Shown: positions 1 through 9,116, counted from the stretch's first letter. The stretch: DNA of 64,000 nt from an uncultured Candidatus Saccharibacteria bacterium (GCA_964608465.1 CAZSNI010000002.1:23273-87272); one strand, 5' to 3'. Notes: generated from the letters alone by a model not told the origin. Translations and numbers: made by a program.

Positions 1-851
1 TCACGGATAACCATTCCTAAGTCTACAGATGAGTCATTAGTCTTTGTCACTGGTTTATTACCCAAGAAATATTCTGAGGTATCCTCATCGTCTAAGCTAG
101 AGTCTTGAACATCACTTTCAAATACTCTATGAATGTTTGTGAGGAAGATATTTCCAGTTTCAGATACATTCTTAAGTTCATCTTGTAAGTGTAAAGTTAC
201 TTGAAAATCATCTTGCCAGTTTTGACCCATATAGCCATTGTCGGGAAGGACTGGGTCCGTAAAGAATATCTTGTTGCCAAGGAAGTCATTTTTAATTCTT
301 TCAAATACAATAACGTTAGGGGTAATTAGTAAGATGTTTTTGGAAAGTTTTGAACCATCTTCATATAATTTATGGAAATAAGCCCACGCAATTACAAGAC
401 TCATCACTTTTGTCTTACCGGCACCAGTAGCCATTTTAATAACTAGGCGTAGCCATTCCTCAGTAAACATTTGAGGACTCAGAACCCCTGTGGAGTTATA
501 ACGTATCAAATCATACTTATCTCTTACCTGAGCCACCTCATAAAGCCACACAACGGTCTCCAGAGCCTCTCTTTGAGAGAAATAGTATCTGAATGGGTAA
601 GATGAACCATCGGCATTATAGAGGATGTGCTCCTCCTTAAACCACCAAGTTAAAAGTGCCTTTGAAGTCTCACTTGCTCCTGCATAGTTGTTAGTTCTCC
701 ATTCCTGAACTTTTTTACGAAGCTCAGCTACAAGAGGAGGGATGAGTTTATCAAAACCTTTTTCTCTCAAATCCTCGGTAGCAGGAAACCATCTGATTTC
801 AGGATTAAGAATTGCGTAAGGGTCCCTTGGAAAGTCTTTGTGAAGTGCCAT
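1..851 (-). CDS. res: Type III restriction enzyme Res subunit (helicase-nuclease), N-terminal ~283 aa; gene continues beyond window start
   Basis: Own minus-strand translation from ATG 851-849: MALHKDFPRDPYAILNPEIRWF... Contains helicase motif I KMATGAGKTKVM, then NILLITPNVIVFE. Start lies 1 nt after the mod stop (mod-res order). Confidence 0.8.
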   Translation of the reverse strand, partial: MALHKDFPRDPYAILNPEIRWFPATEDLREKGFDKLIPPLVAELRKKVQEWRTNNYAGASETSKALLTWWFKEEHILYNADGSSYPFRYYFSQREALETVVWLYEVAQVRDKYDLIRYNSTGVLSPQMFTEEWLRLVIKMATGAGKTKVMSLVIAWAYFHKLYEDGSKLSKNILLITPNVIVFERIKNDFLGNKIFFTDPVLPDNGYMGQNWQDDFQVTLHLQDELKNVSETGNIFLTNIHRVFESDVQDSSLDDEDTSEYFLGNKPVTKTNDSSVDLGMVIR

Positions 852-852
852 A

Positions 853-3057
853 TTATATCTTTATAGGTATTACTCTAGTAGTGTCATTACCGAAAATATC
901 CACGACTTTTACAGCGATTTTATAGTCTCCCTTTGGTAATTCTTTTGGAGCGGAAATGAGTTCTAGGTTTCTATTCTTTTTTGTTCTGAAGCTTTGCCAT
1001 TCGTTATCAAAAATATAATCACCAGTCCAAACTTCTTTTTCTATATCATTTTCTATCACCTTAATTACTTCTTTTCTGTCCGCAAAGTCATAATCAACTG
1101 CCCAGTAATCAATCCAGTCACTCCACTTCTTTGTGAGAACTTCTCTTGAAACAAGTTCAGTATTTTTATCTTTACTCACTTTTATTACTTGACCATTTTC
1201 AATGATAACCTTTGATCTACCAGCTTTTAATTCTTCATCAATAGCATCATTATCTTGATTGTAGAAAACAGAGAAGTCTGTTAGTTCTATTGAAAGCTCC
1301 TTTGTATTACCTCTGCCTTTTGTTATTGGTTCTACACCAATATAGGCAACATCGTAAAAATTAACGTGACCCCTCTCTACAGCACGTTTATCAAAAACTT
1401 CACGAGGAATAATTTTGAAAGCAATATCCATACCTTGAGTCACAAACTCGTCAAATATAAGACCCATCTCATAATCAAAGCCGAGCACATCAACTTTTGT
1501 GACATTTTTCTCTTTTAGTTCATTAACAATCTCTTGAATAAACTTCTGAGATACAGGAAGATTAATCGGACCAACGGCAACAAGTCTATCTCGTTTCTTT
1601 CCTACAACATTAACAAAACTTTCAACAGTCTCTGCTTTGTATGCAGAAAGGATGAGCTTAATAAACTCTTGTTCTTTCCTTTGAGCTTGTTTTGCTTTCT
1701 CTTCAGCACGTAAATCATCATTTGTGTTCAGGAAACTTTCTCGCTCGTACCTACCAACATTGAGTATTTCAAATGCTCTAAAATCTTTACCGGCTTTTTT
1801 TAGTTCTCTTTGGACTCCTATCATTCTTTTTCTAGATGTATGAATACCAAACTTTCCAAGATCCGTGCCAATCCACTTTCTATTCATTTTCTCAGCTACA
1901 GCCAATGTTGTACCTGAGCCACAAAAGAAGTCTGCAATAAGGTCTCCTTCATTAGAAGATGCTTTTATTATTCTTTCAAAAAGTCCTTCTGGTTTTTGGG
2001 TTGGATAACCAAGATATTGTGAAGAGCCACTTATTAAAGGTTTGGTATAGTCACAATCCCAGACATCTCTTACGAAGACTTCAGAATAGTAACCATCAAA
2101 CAATTTATCCTTGAGGCTGTTTGGAAGACTTTTTCTATCTTTAATATACTCCTCAATTTTTTTGATATCTTTTTCAGTTAATTCATTAATTTTGCTTGGT
2201 TCAACAAGAGTGTCAATAAATGGTCCGTTGTACACATTCCTTTCCTTTTCTGGATTGAATATGTAGTTATCGGTTTTTTTGTAATATAGAATTGTATCGT
2301 GCTTTCTTGCCCAAAACTTTTTTCCGACTCCTTGTATCCTATAACCCCAAACTATTTCATTCTGAAAATTGTCTTTGCCAAAAATCTCATCCATTATTAA
2401 TCTCAAATAAGATGAGACTCTATAATCACAATGGACGTAAATACTTCCATCTTCAGCAAGTAGCTCACGCATTAACTTTAGTCGCTCATAAATCATAGCT
2501 ATAAAACTGTCCGCTCCTTTACCCCAAGTATCTCTATATGCAATTTCTTCAATCACAGAAGGTTTTTTTGTAAAACTTTCAGCTTCTTCACCATCTCCAA
2601 TCTCTATATCCATTGAAAAATCAGCTCCAACATCAAAAGGTGGGTCAATATAAATAAGCTTAAGACCTCCTTGAGCGTCTATTTCCTTTCTCATTGGACC
2701 ATTCTTAAGAGAGGATAGGATTAATTTATTGTCTCCCCAGATTAGTTTGTTGGTCCACCCAGTTATTTGTTTTCCCGACATATCAAAGAGTGTACCTCCA
2801 TCTCCAAACTCTTTTCCTTCTCTTGGTTCATCAATCTGTTCAATCACTTGAAAAGGCAGAACAACATTAGTTACCTCATTTGTTTTTCCATTCCACAAGA
2901 GTTCAACTTCACGATCATCTTTGAAAAGAAGAAAACGGTATTTTTCTGGCAAAGGCTTTCCGGCTTCCAAGTATTTCACAATATCTCGTTTCTCATTATC
3001 TGAAAGATTTAATGAGTTACTTTTCGCTGGTGTTTTTTTAGATTGTTCTTCTTTCAT
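853..3057 (-). CDS. mod: Type III R-M DNA methyltransferase Mod (beta-class N6A/N4C MTase)
   Basis: 734-aa ORF. Catalytic motif IYIDPPFDVG precedes AdoMet motif DFFCGSGTT (beta permutation). Immediately upstream of res on the same strand. Confidence 0.85.
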   Translation of the reverse strand: MKEEQSKKTPAKSNSLNLSDNEKRDIVKYLEAGKPLPEKYRFLLFKDDREVELLWNGKTNEVTNVVLPFQVIEQIDEPREGKEFGDGGTLFDMSGKQITGWTNKLIWGDNKLILSSLKNGPMRKEIDAQGGLKLIYIDPPFDVGADFSMDIEIGDGEEAESFTKKPSVIEEIAYRDTWGKGADSFIAMIYERLKLMRELLAEDGSIYVHCDYRVSSYLRLIMDEIFGKDNFQNEIVWGYRIQGVGKKFWARKHDTILYYKKTDNYIFNPEKERNVYNGPFIDTLVEPSKINELTEKDIKKIEEYIKDRKSLPNSLKDKLFDGYYSEVFVRDVWDCDYTKPLISGSSQYLGYPTQKPEGLFERIIKASSNEGDLIADFFCGSGTTLAVAEKMNRKWIGTDLGKFGIHTSRKRMIGVQRELKKAGKDFRAFEILNVGRYERESFLNTNDDLRAEEKAKQAQRKEQEFIKLILSAYKAETVESFVNVVGKKRDRLVAVGPINLPVSQKFIQEIVNELKEKNVTKVDVLGFDYEMGLIFDEFVTQGMDIAFKIIPREVFDKRAVERGHVNFYDVAYIGVEPITKGRGNTKELSIELTDFSVFYNQDNDAIDEELKAGRSKVIIENGQVIKVSKDKNTELVSREVLTKKWSDWIDYWAVDYDFADRKEVIKVIENDIEKEVWTGDYIFDNEWQSFRTKKNRNLELISAPKELPKGDYKIAVKVVDIFGNDTTRVIPIKI

Positions 3058-3080
3058 TTACATCTACATTAATTAATAAA

Positions 3081-3302
3081 TTATTTGTGTGGTGATTGTA
3101 CAAACTTTTCTAGGTCTTCTTTCTTATAACGCCTTACCTTTCTAATACCAATTCGTATCGCAGGCAATATGCCTTTTTTGTCCCATTGCCTCAGGGTGTT
3201 GGGATGGCATTTTAGGTATTTTGAAGCCTCATCAAGTGTTAAGAGTTCAGGTAAATCGGCATCTTTTTCAGCTGTTTTTTGTTTTGATTTCATACCTACC
3301 AT
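3081..3302 (-). CDS. Excisionase/MerR-family helix-turn-helix DNA-binding protein
   Basis: 73 aa. The stretch LLTLDEASKYLKCHPNTLRQWDKKGILPAIRIG..RRYKKEDLEKFV matches the excisionase-type HTH pattern. Divergent from the 3360 operon. Confidence 0.7.
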   Translation of the reverse strand: MVGMKSKQKTAEKDADLPELLTLDEASKYLKCHPNTLRQWDKKGILPAIRIGIRKVRRYKKEDLEKFVQSPHK

Positions 3303-3359
3303 TTGATAACATTATCATACACAACATTCACAATGTTCTCAATGTTCACTCTGTGAATT

Positions 3360-4310
3360 ATGAAAATGCATATGAAGAAGGTAAATACAAAAATCAAACT
3401 TGATGATTTAAGTGCTGGTCTATATGGTATACACCTTGATAGAAAAAATCATCGTATATGTAAAGTTATGCGTATCCTTATGTTACGAAAGGATTTTAAT
3501 GATTTTCTAGAGGAACTTGAAGAAAAAGGGCTTAAGCAAGATGATGTTGTGAGAAAAGATGGAAAAACTATAAAACTTTGGAATATAAACTTTAGTACAG
3601 CGGGTACTCTCATTAGAGGTTATTTAGAGAAAGTTATTCAAAGTGGTTATATAAAAAGACAAAATAGTGAATGGGTTCAAGAGTTTCTTCAAATTGCAGA
3701 AACTATTATCCTTCAGACCTATCTAGATGGTTATGCAAATAGAAGAAATAAAAACAATATCTTGAGTAATATTGTAATTTTTGATGACAGTTTGAACTAT
3801 CCAAACATAACTCAAGAGATATTTGATAGGGACACTTTTTGGAAGGTGTTTGATGATGCTTTTTATAGAAACGTTGAGCAAGTAAAGGAGAAATACGGAA
3901 AACATCCAAACTCAATCACAGTGGGAGGGGTTAAGTTTGATGATCTGCCTCATAACGAAAAGCTCACCCCTGACGATCCTAAAATATGCCAAATAGTCTT
4001 TGACGAAAACACAGGAAAACAAGAGCTAATTGATTATATTGATAAAAATTGGAACTCAATTGAAGAGTCACTTACAGCTTGGAGACCAAAGCGAAAAGAA
4101 AAAAGAATAACTAGCACAGCTAATTTTATAAGAGATACTGTTATTTTCAATAAATACCAGTCTTTTAAGGACGAGGGATATAAAAACCCTGATGTAAAAG
4201 TCTATATGTGGTTAATGTTAGACTCGGATTACAAAATAGAAATTGAGCCGAATACAGTTAGAAAGATTGTTTCTCTACTCAAATCCGAAGTTAATGAGAT
4301 AAATAAGTAA
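3360..4310 (+). CDS. Hypothetical protein (316 aa), mobile-element cargo
   Basis: Long ORF in AT-rich DNA followed by a terminator at 4382-4410. No motif recognised. Confidence 0.6.
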   Translation: MKMHMKKVNTKIKLDDLSAGLYGIHLDRKNHRICKVMRILMLRKDFNDFLEELEEKGLKQDDVVRKDGKTIKLWNINFSTAGTLIRGYLEKVIQSGYIKRQNSEWVQEFLQIAETIILQTYLDGYANRRNKNNILSNIVIFDDSLNYPNITQEIFDRDTFWKVFDDAFYRNVEQVKEKYGKHPNSITVGGVKFDDLPHNEKLTPDDPKICQIVFDENTGKQELIDYIDKNWNSIEESLTAWRPKRKEKRITSTANFIRDTVIFNKYQSFKDEGYKNPDVKVYMWLMLDSDYKIEIEPNTVRKIVSLLKSEVNEINK

Positions 4311-4381
4311 CTGCTTATAATTCACAAAATTGTGTTTTATAAGAACGGTTTAATAACCGAACGACAAGGTTAGTGGTCAGA

Positions 4382-4410
4382 AGTACGCTAAGGGCGTGCT
4401 TTTTGTTTTG
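4382..4410 (+). terminator. Rho-independent terminator
   Basis: AGTACGC-TAAGG-GCGTGCT stem (one G-U pair) followed by TTTTTGTTTT. Confidence 0.6.
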
Positions 4411-4447
4411 GTGAAAAAAGTACACATATTAATAATCACCAATAATA

Positions 4448-4741
4448 ATGCCTATGAATGAAAATGAACAAAGTCAAAGTTTTAAACCTTGTGATTGGGA
4501 TAGATATTTTGAGACTACAGACTTTGATTTATCAGTAACACTTGTTTGCAAGAATTATGTTCTTGAAAGCATTGAAACTGGTAAGGGTGGAAAATTAGTT
4601 TTTCTTTTTAACAAAGAGAAAGACATCGCCAGTGCGGTAGATGAGTATTGGTCAAATAAGATATTAGTAAACCCATTAGAGTTTACGAATGTCAGAAAAA
4701 ACTTGAAGTCTCGCATCTACGGAATGAAGAAGAATTATTAG
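4448..4741 (+). CDS. Hypothetical protein (97 aa)
   Basis: ORF opening a tightly packed operon (4448-6954, gaps of 2-8 nt). Confidence 0.5.
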   Translation: MPMNENEQSQSFKPCDWDRYFETTDFDLSVTLVCKNYVLESIETGKGGKLVFLFNKEKDIASAVDEYWSNKILVNPLEFTNVRKNLKSRIYGMKKNY

Positions 4742-4749
4742 TTAATCAA

Positions 4750-6135
4750 ATGAATATGCAAAATAATGAAGAAAAGAAGGAAAAACCAATACTGAAAACA
4801 TCTATTATTAGAGAGGATGCTTTATATGAAATGGTGTTTAATCGCATCACAAACAAAACATACTTCTTTAAGATGGATAAGTACGGAAGGCTTGAAAGTT
4901 TTCTTGAGGAGGTAGAAATAGAAGGTAGAAAATATAAACCATTACCACCAACTTACAATTTAGTGGATAAAAATGTAATTTTATTTCCATCTCTACCGGT
5001 TTCTTATACGAATGAGGAAGAGATACTCAAAGAAATACAGACATTTATACATAAATACCTTGATATTTCGGAAGTATTTGAGCCGATAGCGACTTATTAC
5101 GTCTTGTTTACTTGGATGTTTGATAGATTTAATGAAGTTCCATACCTAAGAGCAATTGGAGATTTTGGAAGTGGTAAATCTCGTTTCCTTCAGGTGATAG
5201 GTATTCTCTGTTACAAACCAGTATTTACTGGTGGAGCAACAACTCCAAGTCCAATCTTTCGGATTGTGAATGAGGTTCAAGGAACGCTGATTATAGACGA
5301 AGCTGATTTCAAGTTCTCAGATATGACTTCTGAGATTGTGAAAATATTAAATACTGGATACCAAAAAGGTACGCCGGTATTACGATCTGAAGGCAAAGGA
5401 ACATTTGAGGTAAAAGCTTATGATGTGTTTTGTCCAAAGATCGTTGCCACTCGCGAGACGTTTTCTGATAAGGCACTTGAGAGTCGTTTTCTAGTTGAGG
5501 AAATGGGTTCAGGAAAACTACGCACAGACATACCTAGAACACTTAATCAGAGTTTCTACCAAGAGGCAGAAGATATCAGAAATAAACTTCTGATGTGGCG
5601 ACTAAAAAATTACTTTGAACCTCTTGAAAAAAGAATGGAGGTTATTGAAGGTATCCACCCTAGGCTTAACCAGATCGCTATACCACTACTCTCCATCATT
5701 AAAGATGATGCGATAAGGGAAAACCTCAAGACTTTCATCATTAAATACAATGGTGAACTAATAGCGGATAGAGGTCTTACTTGGGAAAGTGATATTGTTT
5801 TTGCAATTCTTAAACTTGAATACGAGGACAATAAAAATGAGATAACCGTTAAAAAGATAACGGATGAAGTGAACAGAGAAAGTGATATCAGTGACGATAC
5901 CCTTCAGGCTCGCAAGGTGGGTTGGTACTTACGGGCAAAGCTACAACTTAAACCTTACAAGACAAGAAAAGGTTTTGTGCTCTCTTTCAAGGAAAACAAA
6001 AAGCGGTTGGATATGTGGAAAGAACGATTTGGAATTACTGATGCTGACATACGTGGTGAAGAAGTGAATGACGTGAATGTTGTGAACGTCCACGAGGACA
6101 TAGTAACAACTCAAGAATTATCTCTTAACAAATAA
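4750..6135 (+). CDS. P-loop NTPase (461 aa), possible replication or primase-helicase-associated protein of the element
   Basis: Walker A GDFGSGKSRF and Walker B LIIDEADF are visible. No further family assignment possible by eye. Confidence 0.6.
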   Translation: MNMQNNEEKKEKPILKTSIIREDALYEMVFNRITNKTYFFKMDKYGRLESFLEEVEIEGRKYKPLPPTYNLVDKNVILFPSLPVSYTNEEEILKEIQTFIHKYLDISEVFEPIATYYVLFTWMFDRFNEVPYLRAIGDFGSGKSRFLQVIGILCYKPVFTGGATTPSPIFRIVNEVQGTLIIDEADFKFSDMTSEIVKILNTGYQKGTPVLRSEGKGTFEVKAYDVFCPKIVATRETFSDKALESRFLVEEMGSGKLRTDIPRTLNQSFYQEAEDIRNKLLMWRLKNYFEPLEKRMEVIEGIHPRLNQIAIPLLSIIKDDAIRENLKTFIIKYNGELIADRGLTWESDIVFAILKLEYEDNKNEITVKKITDEVNRESDISDDTLQARKVGWYLRAKLQLKPYKTRKGFVLSFKENKKRLDMWKERFGITDADIRGEEVNDVNVVNVHEDIVTTQELSLNK

Positions 6136-6139
6136 AAAT

Positions 6140-6349
6140 ATGAATGACGAACAAGTTTTATTTGAGGTTCAATATATTAAAGAAGAAATACAAAGTTTCG
6201 CTGAAGCAAACTTTGGGCGTGAATTGACGGAAGATGAATTAAAAAGGTTTGAAGATTACATATGGGATGATGATGGAGTATCTTCCGCAAGGGACGAGCT
6301 ATTGTTGAGTGCTATTGAAGCAGTAATGAAGGGAGAAAATAACGATTAA
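6140..6349 (+). CDS. Hypothetical small acidic protein (69 aa)
   Basis: ORF packed between 4750-6135 and 6352-6954. Confidence 0.45.
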   Translation: MNDEQVLFEVQYIKEEIQSFAEANFGRELTEDELKRFEDYIWDDDGVSSARDELLLSAIEAVMKGENND

Positions 6350-6351
6350 CT

Positions 6352-6954
6352 ATGAGTAAAACTGAAGCCGATTGGTGTAAGAAAATTGAGATATGGTGGT
6401 TACTGAAGTCTATAAGAAAGAGTAACTCAATAGTTTCAAATCTTACAATTTGGTGGGGAGATAATGGAATAAATGGAAGCATTACTGCTGAGGTAACTAT
6501 TCAATCAGATAGAGATAAGTATGTGCGATTTATGTACTCTCAAACTAATGAAGATACAGGAGAGGATGAAAGCGTTGATTATAAAGTTCCGTTAATTGAG
6601 ACACCTTGTAATTACGGTGGCACACGTTACTGGTTTCAATGTCCTCTTATAAGAGATGGCAAAACTTGTAGCAGACGTGTCGGAGTTCTCTATAAAGCTG
6701 GTATTTACTTTGGTTGCCGACATTGTTACCAACTGACTTATAACTCAAGAAATGAGAACAAGAGAGTCTATGAGTCAAATCCAATACTTACTGCAATCGG
6801 GTTCGGCATAAAGATGGAAAAATTAGAAGAGACAGCTAAACGGTTTACTTATAAAGGTAAACCAACCAAGAAGAGGCAAAAAATAGAAAAACTACACAAT
6901 AAAACACTTGAATACCTTGAAAAAGCAGGTGTGAATGAAAGTGATTTGATCTAA
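6352..6954 (+). CDS. Zinc-ribbon protein (200 aa), unknown function
   Basis: Cys pattern CNYGGTRYWFQCP...CSRRVGVLY...GCRHCY (4-6 Cys in ribbon-like spacing); basic C-terminus. Confidence 0.55.
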   Translation: MSKTEADWCKKIEIWWLLKSIRKSNSIVSNLTIWWGDNGINGSITAEVTIQSDRDKYVRFMYSQTNEDTGEDESVDYKVPLIETPCNYGGTRYWFQCPLIRDGKTCSRRVGVLYKAGIYFGCRHCYQLTYNSRNENKRVYESNPILTAIGFGIKMEKLEETAKRFTYKGKPTKKRQKIEKLHNKTLEYLEKAGVNESDLI

Positions 6955-7167
6955 GACAATAAATTGATATGATGAGTAAGCTACACAACAAACCAATAAA
7001 CGATGACAATTTTGTACCTAAGGAGGGGCAACGTGGCTTGTTGTGTAGCAACAAAAAGTCGTTTCGTTGTCCCTCTTTTGGTATAAAAAATGATTATACA
7101 AATGAAGATGTCGCTATTGATTACTTGGGAAGTATTCTAGTAGAGGCATTTCTAATTAAAAAAACTT

Positions 7168-8715
7168 ATGAACATAACAAAAAATGTGAACACAAAAAAG
7201 GCAGTGATATATTGCAGAGTATCAACTAAAGAACAGGTAGATGAGGGTAATAGCTTAAGTACGCAAGAAAAAATATGTAAGGATTATTGTAGTCGTAACC
7301 AGTACGACATTGCGGAGATTTTCCGTGAACAAGGTGAGAGTGCAAAGACAGCAGATCGTACTGAACTTCAAAAACTCCTTACTTACTGTGCTGATAAAAA
7401 GAACGGGGTAAGAGCAGTTATTATTTATAAGCTGGACCGATTATCTCGCAATACTGATGATTACAGTCAACTACGCCTCCTATTGAAACGCTATGGGGTG
7501 GAGATAAAGTCTACATCAGAACACTTTGAGGATAATCCTGTTGGACGGTTTATGGAGAATACAATGGCTAACATTGCTCAGTTTGATAATGATATAAGAA
7601 GTGAGAGGTGTGCCGGCGGAATGAAAGATGCAATGAGAGACGGTAGATATGTTTGGATGGCTACAGTTGGCTATGACAATGTAAAGATTGGAGGAAAGGC
7701 AACTATCGCACAAAATCCAGTGATGGCTCCACTCATACTAGAAACTTTTGAACTCATTGCTAGAAATACATATCCAACTGAGGAGGTCCGTAGAATTATG
7801 ACCAAAAGAGGTTTGTTAAATAAAAAAGGTAAACCTTTTTCTAAAGGATACTTTTACAATATGCTTACAAACGAATTGTTTGCAGGTTGGATTGTAAAGT
7901 TTGGTGAGAGACATAAGGGCACATTTACACCAATTGTTTCGGAAGAACTATTTAATCAAGTTCAGAGAATACTCAAAAACAAAGGTAGAAAACATTCAGC
8001 ATATATTACAGATCACCCAGACTTTCCTTTGCGAAAGTTTGTAATAAACGCTTATGGAAAGAAATTGACTGGAAGCTGGTCCAAAGGAAGACAGAAAAGA
8101 TATCCGTTCTATCGTTTTGGAGGAAATCAATCAAACCACAATAGAGATAAGTTTGAGATGGAGTTTCAAGGCTTTATGGACCAATTTAGACTGGACGATA
8201 AGCACATTCAGAAACTAAAGAAGGCTGTGGAAGAACATCTAGTTATGGCTACAGCTGAACAACGAAAGCACGCAGAGCATTTAGAAAAATATATAAATCA
8301 ACTAACCGAAAAGCAATCAGCCATTATTAAGAAAAATCTTGATGGTGTCATTAGTGACACAGTTCTAAAACAACAACTTGAACTTATTGATAAGGAATTA
8401 ACTGAGGCAAACGCATCTTTGGCTAATCTACCTAAAACTGATACTGACTTTATGGAGATGCTTGGCTTTATGGAGAACTATCTAAAGAACCCTAGTCAGG
8501 TATGGAGAGAAGCACCAATAAACGTAAAAGTTAAGTTGCAATGGTTCCAATTTCCCCAAGGTTTGGTTTTTGAAAATGAGTTTTTTGGAACCACTGAAAT
8601 AGCTAGTATCTTCAAGACAAAAGACGCCTTTTCAGCGTCTTTGTCACCTAAGGTGGACCCGACAGGACTCGAACCTGCCACCCCATCATTGCAAATGATG
8701 TGCTCTACCAGATGA
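7168..8715 (+). CDS. Large serine recombinase (integrase), 515 aa
   Basis: N-terminal resolvase catalytic region AVIYCRVSTKEQ...LDRLSRN, plus a long C-terminal domain with a coiled-coil segment. The last ~20 codons are read from the complement of tRNA-Ala. Confidence 0.85.
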   Translation: MNITKNVNTKKAVIYCRVSTKEQVDEGNSLSTQEKICKDYCSRNQYDIAEIFREQGESAKTADRTELQKLLTYCADKKNGVRAVIIYKLDRLSRNTDDYSQLRLLLKRYGVEIKSTSEHFEDNPVGRFMENTMANIAQFDNDIRSERCAGGMKDAMRDGRYVWMATVGYDNVKIGGKATIAQNPVMAPLILETFELIARNTYPTEEVRRIMTKRGLLNKKGKPFSKGYFYNMLTNELFAGWIVKFGERHKGTFTPIVSEELFNQVQRILKNKGRKHSAYITDHPDFPLRKFVINAYGKKLTGSWSKGRQKRYPFYRFGGNQSNHNRDKFEMEFQGFMDQFRLDDKHIQKLKKAVEEHLVMATAEQRKHAEHLEKYINQLTEKQSAIIKKNLDGVISDTVLKQQLELIDKELTEANASLANLPKTDTDFMEMLGFMENYLKNPSQVWREAPINVKVKLQWFQFPQGLVFENEFFGTTEIASIFKTKDAFSASLSPKVDPTGLEPATPSLQMMCSTR

Positions 8716-8726
8716 GCTACGGGCCC
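8654..8726 (-). tRNA. tRNA-Ala (anticodon UGC), no encoded CCA
   Basis: Hand-folded cloverleaf of GGGCCCGTAGCTCATCTGGTAGAGCACATCATTTGCAATGATGGGGTGGCAGGTTCGAGTCCTGTCGGGTCCA. It has a 7-bp acceptor stem with the G3:U70 Ala identity pair, anticodon loop TTTGCAA and a GGTTCGAGTCC T-arm. Confidence 0.9.
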
Positions 8727-8770
8727 ATTAAATAATAGATTATCAAAATAGTAAGAAGTATACAAGTACT

Positions 8771-8796
8771 AAAAAACTGCCGTTTGGCAGTTTTTT
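8771..8796. terminator. Bidirectional rho-independent terminator
   Basis: AAAAAA-CTGCC-GTTT-GGCAG-TTTTTT. Confidence 0.7.
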
Positions 8797-8803
8797 AATG
8801 AGT

Positions 8804-8893
8804 TTATTTCTTTCCTGTCTGGCATCCGCATGTACAAGTACCATCTGAATTTGTGTGTACGTGAGTACACTGTTCACATTTTTGATCAGTCAT
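8804..8893 (-). CDS. Candidate micro-ORF, 29-aa Cys-rich peptide MTDQKCEQCTHVHTNSDGTCTCGCQTGKK
   Basis: Own translation. ATG at 8893-8891, TAA at 8806-8804, with the terminator 8771-8796 immediately downstream on this strand. Five Cys in CxxC...CxCxC spacing. No clear SD. Confidence 0.35.
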   Translation of the reverse strand: MTDQKCEQCTHVHTNSDGTCTCGCQTGKK

Positions 8894-8964
8894 ATTTTAT
8901 AGGTTATTTAATAATGCCTATTTGCTTATTACAGTTGTTACATAGTAAATACTTCTAAAAAGCG

Positions 8965-9052
8965 CATCCCTTGTGAGACAGTATACCTGCCTAGCAAGGG
9001 ATGGTGCAGTCGACGGGGGTTTAAGGAGGGTGGGGTGTACAGTCGAAAGCAC
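8965..9052 (+). other. GC-elevated two-hairpin element upstream of the VanW-like gene (candidate leader or sRNA)
   Basis: CATCCCTTG (8965-8973) pairs with CAAGGGATG (8995-9003). GTGC..TCGAC (9004-) pairs with GTCGA..GCAC (-9052) around a G-rich loop containing AAGGAGGG. Confidence 0.25.
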
Positions 9053-9116
9053 ATATATACTACCGTTCGTGTGTCGAAAATATTACAAGTGTAGTATTTC
9101 TTGCTATACTAATTGA

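Larger units (their letters stand above)
1..8715. mobile_element. Integrated mobile element (partial, left end outside window) inserted at the 3' end of tRNA-Ala
   Basis: Large serine recombinase adjacent to and reading into the tRNA 3' half. Cargo is R-M, an excisionase-like HTH and unknown genes. No housekeeping genes in the span. Confidence 0.6.

Noticed and set aside
6969-7229. 86-aa ORF overlapping the recombinase start
   Set aside because: It overlaps the recombinase 5' end by 62 nt and has no SD or motif. It is possible but unsupported, and is left uncalled.
8496-8765. 89-aa minus-strand ORF spanning the tRNA-Ala gene
   Set aside because: It is a translation of the tRNA gene and of the recombinase antisense strand. 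The tRNA fold explains the region.
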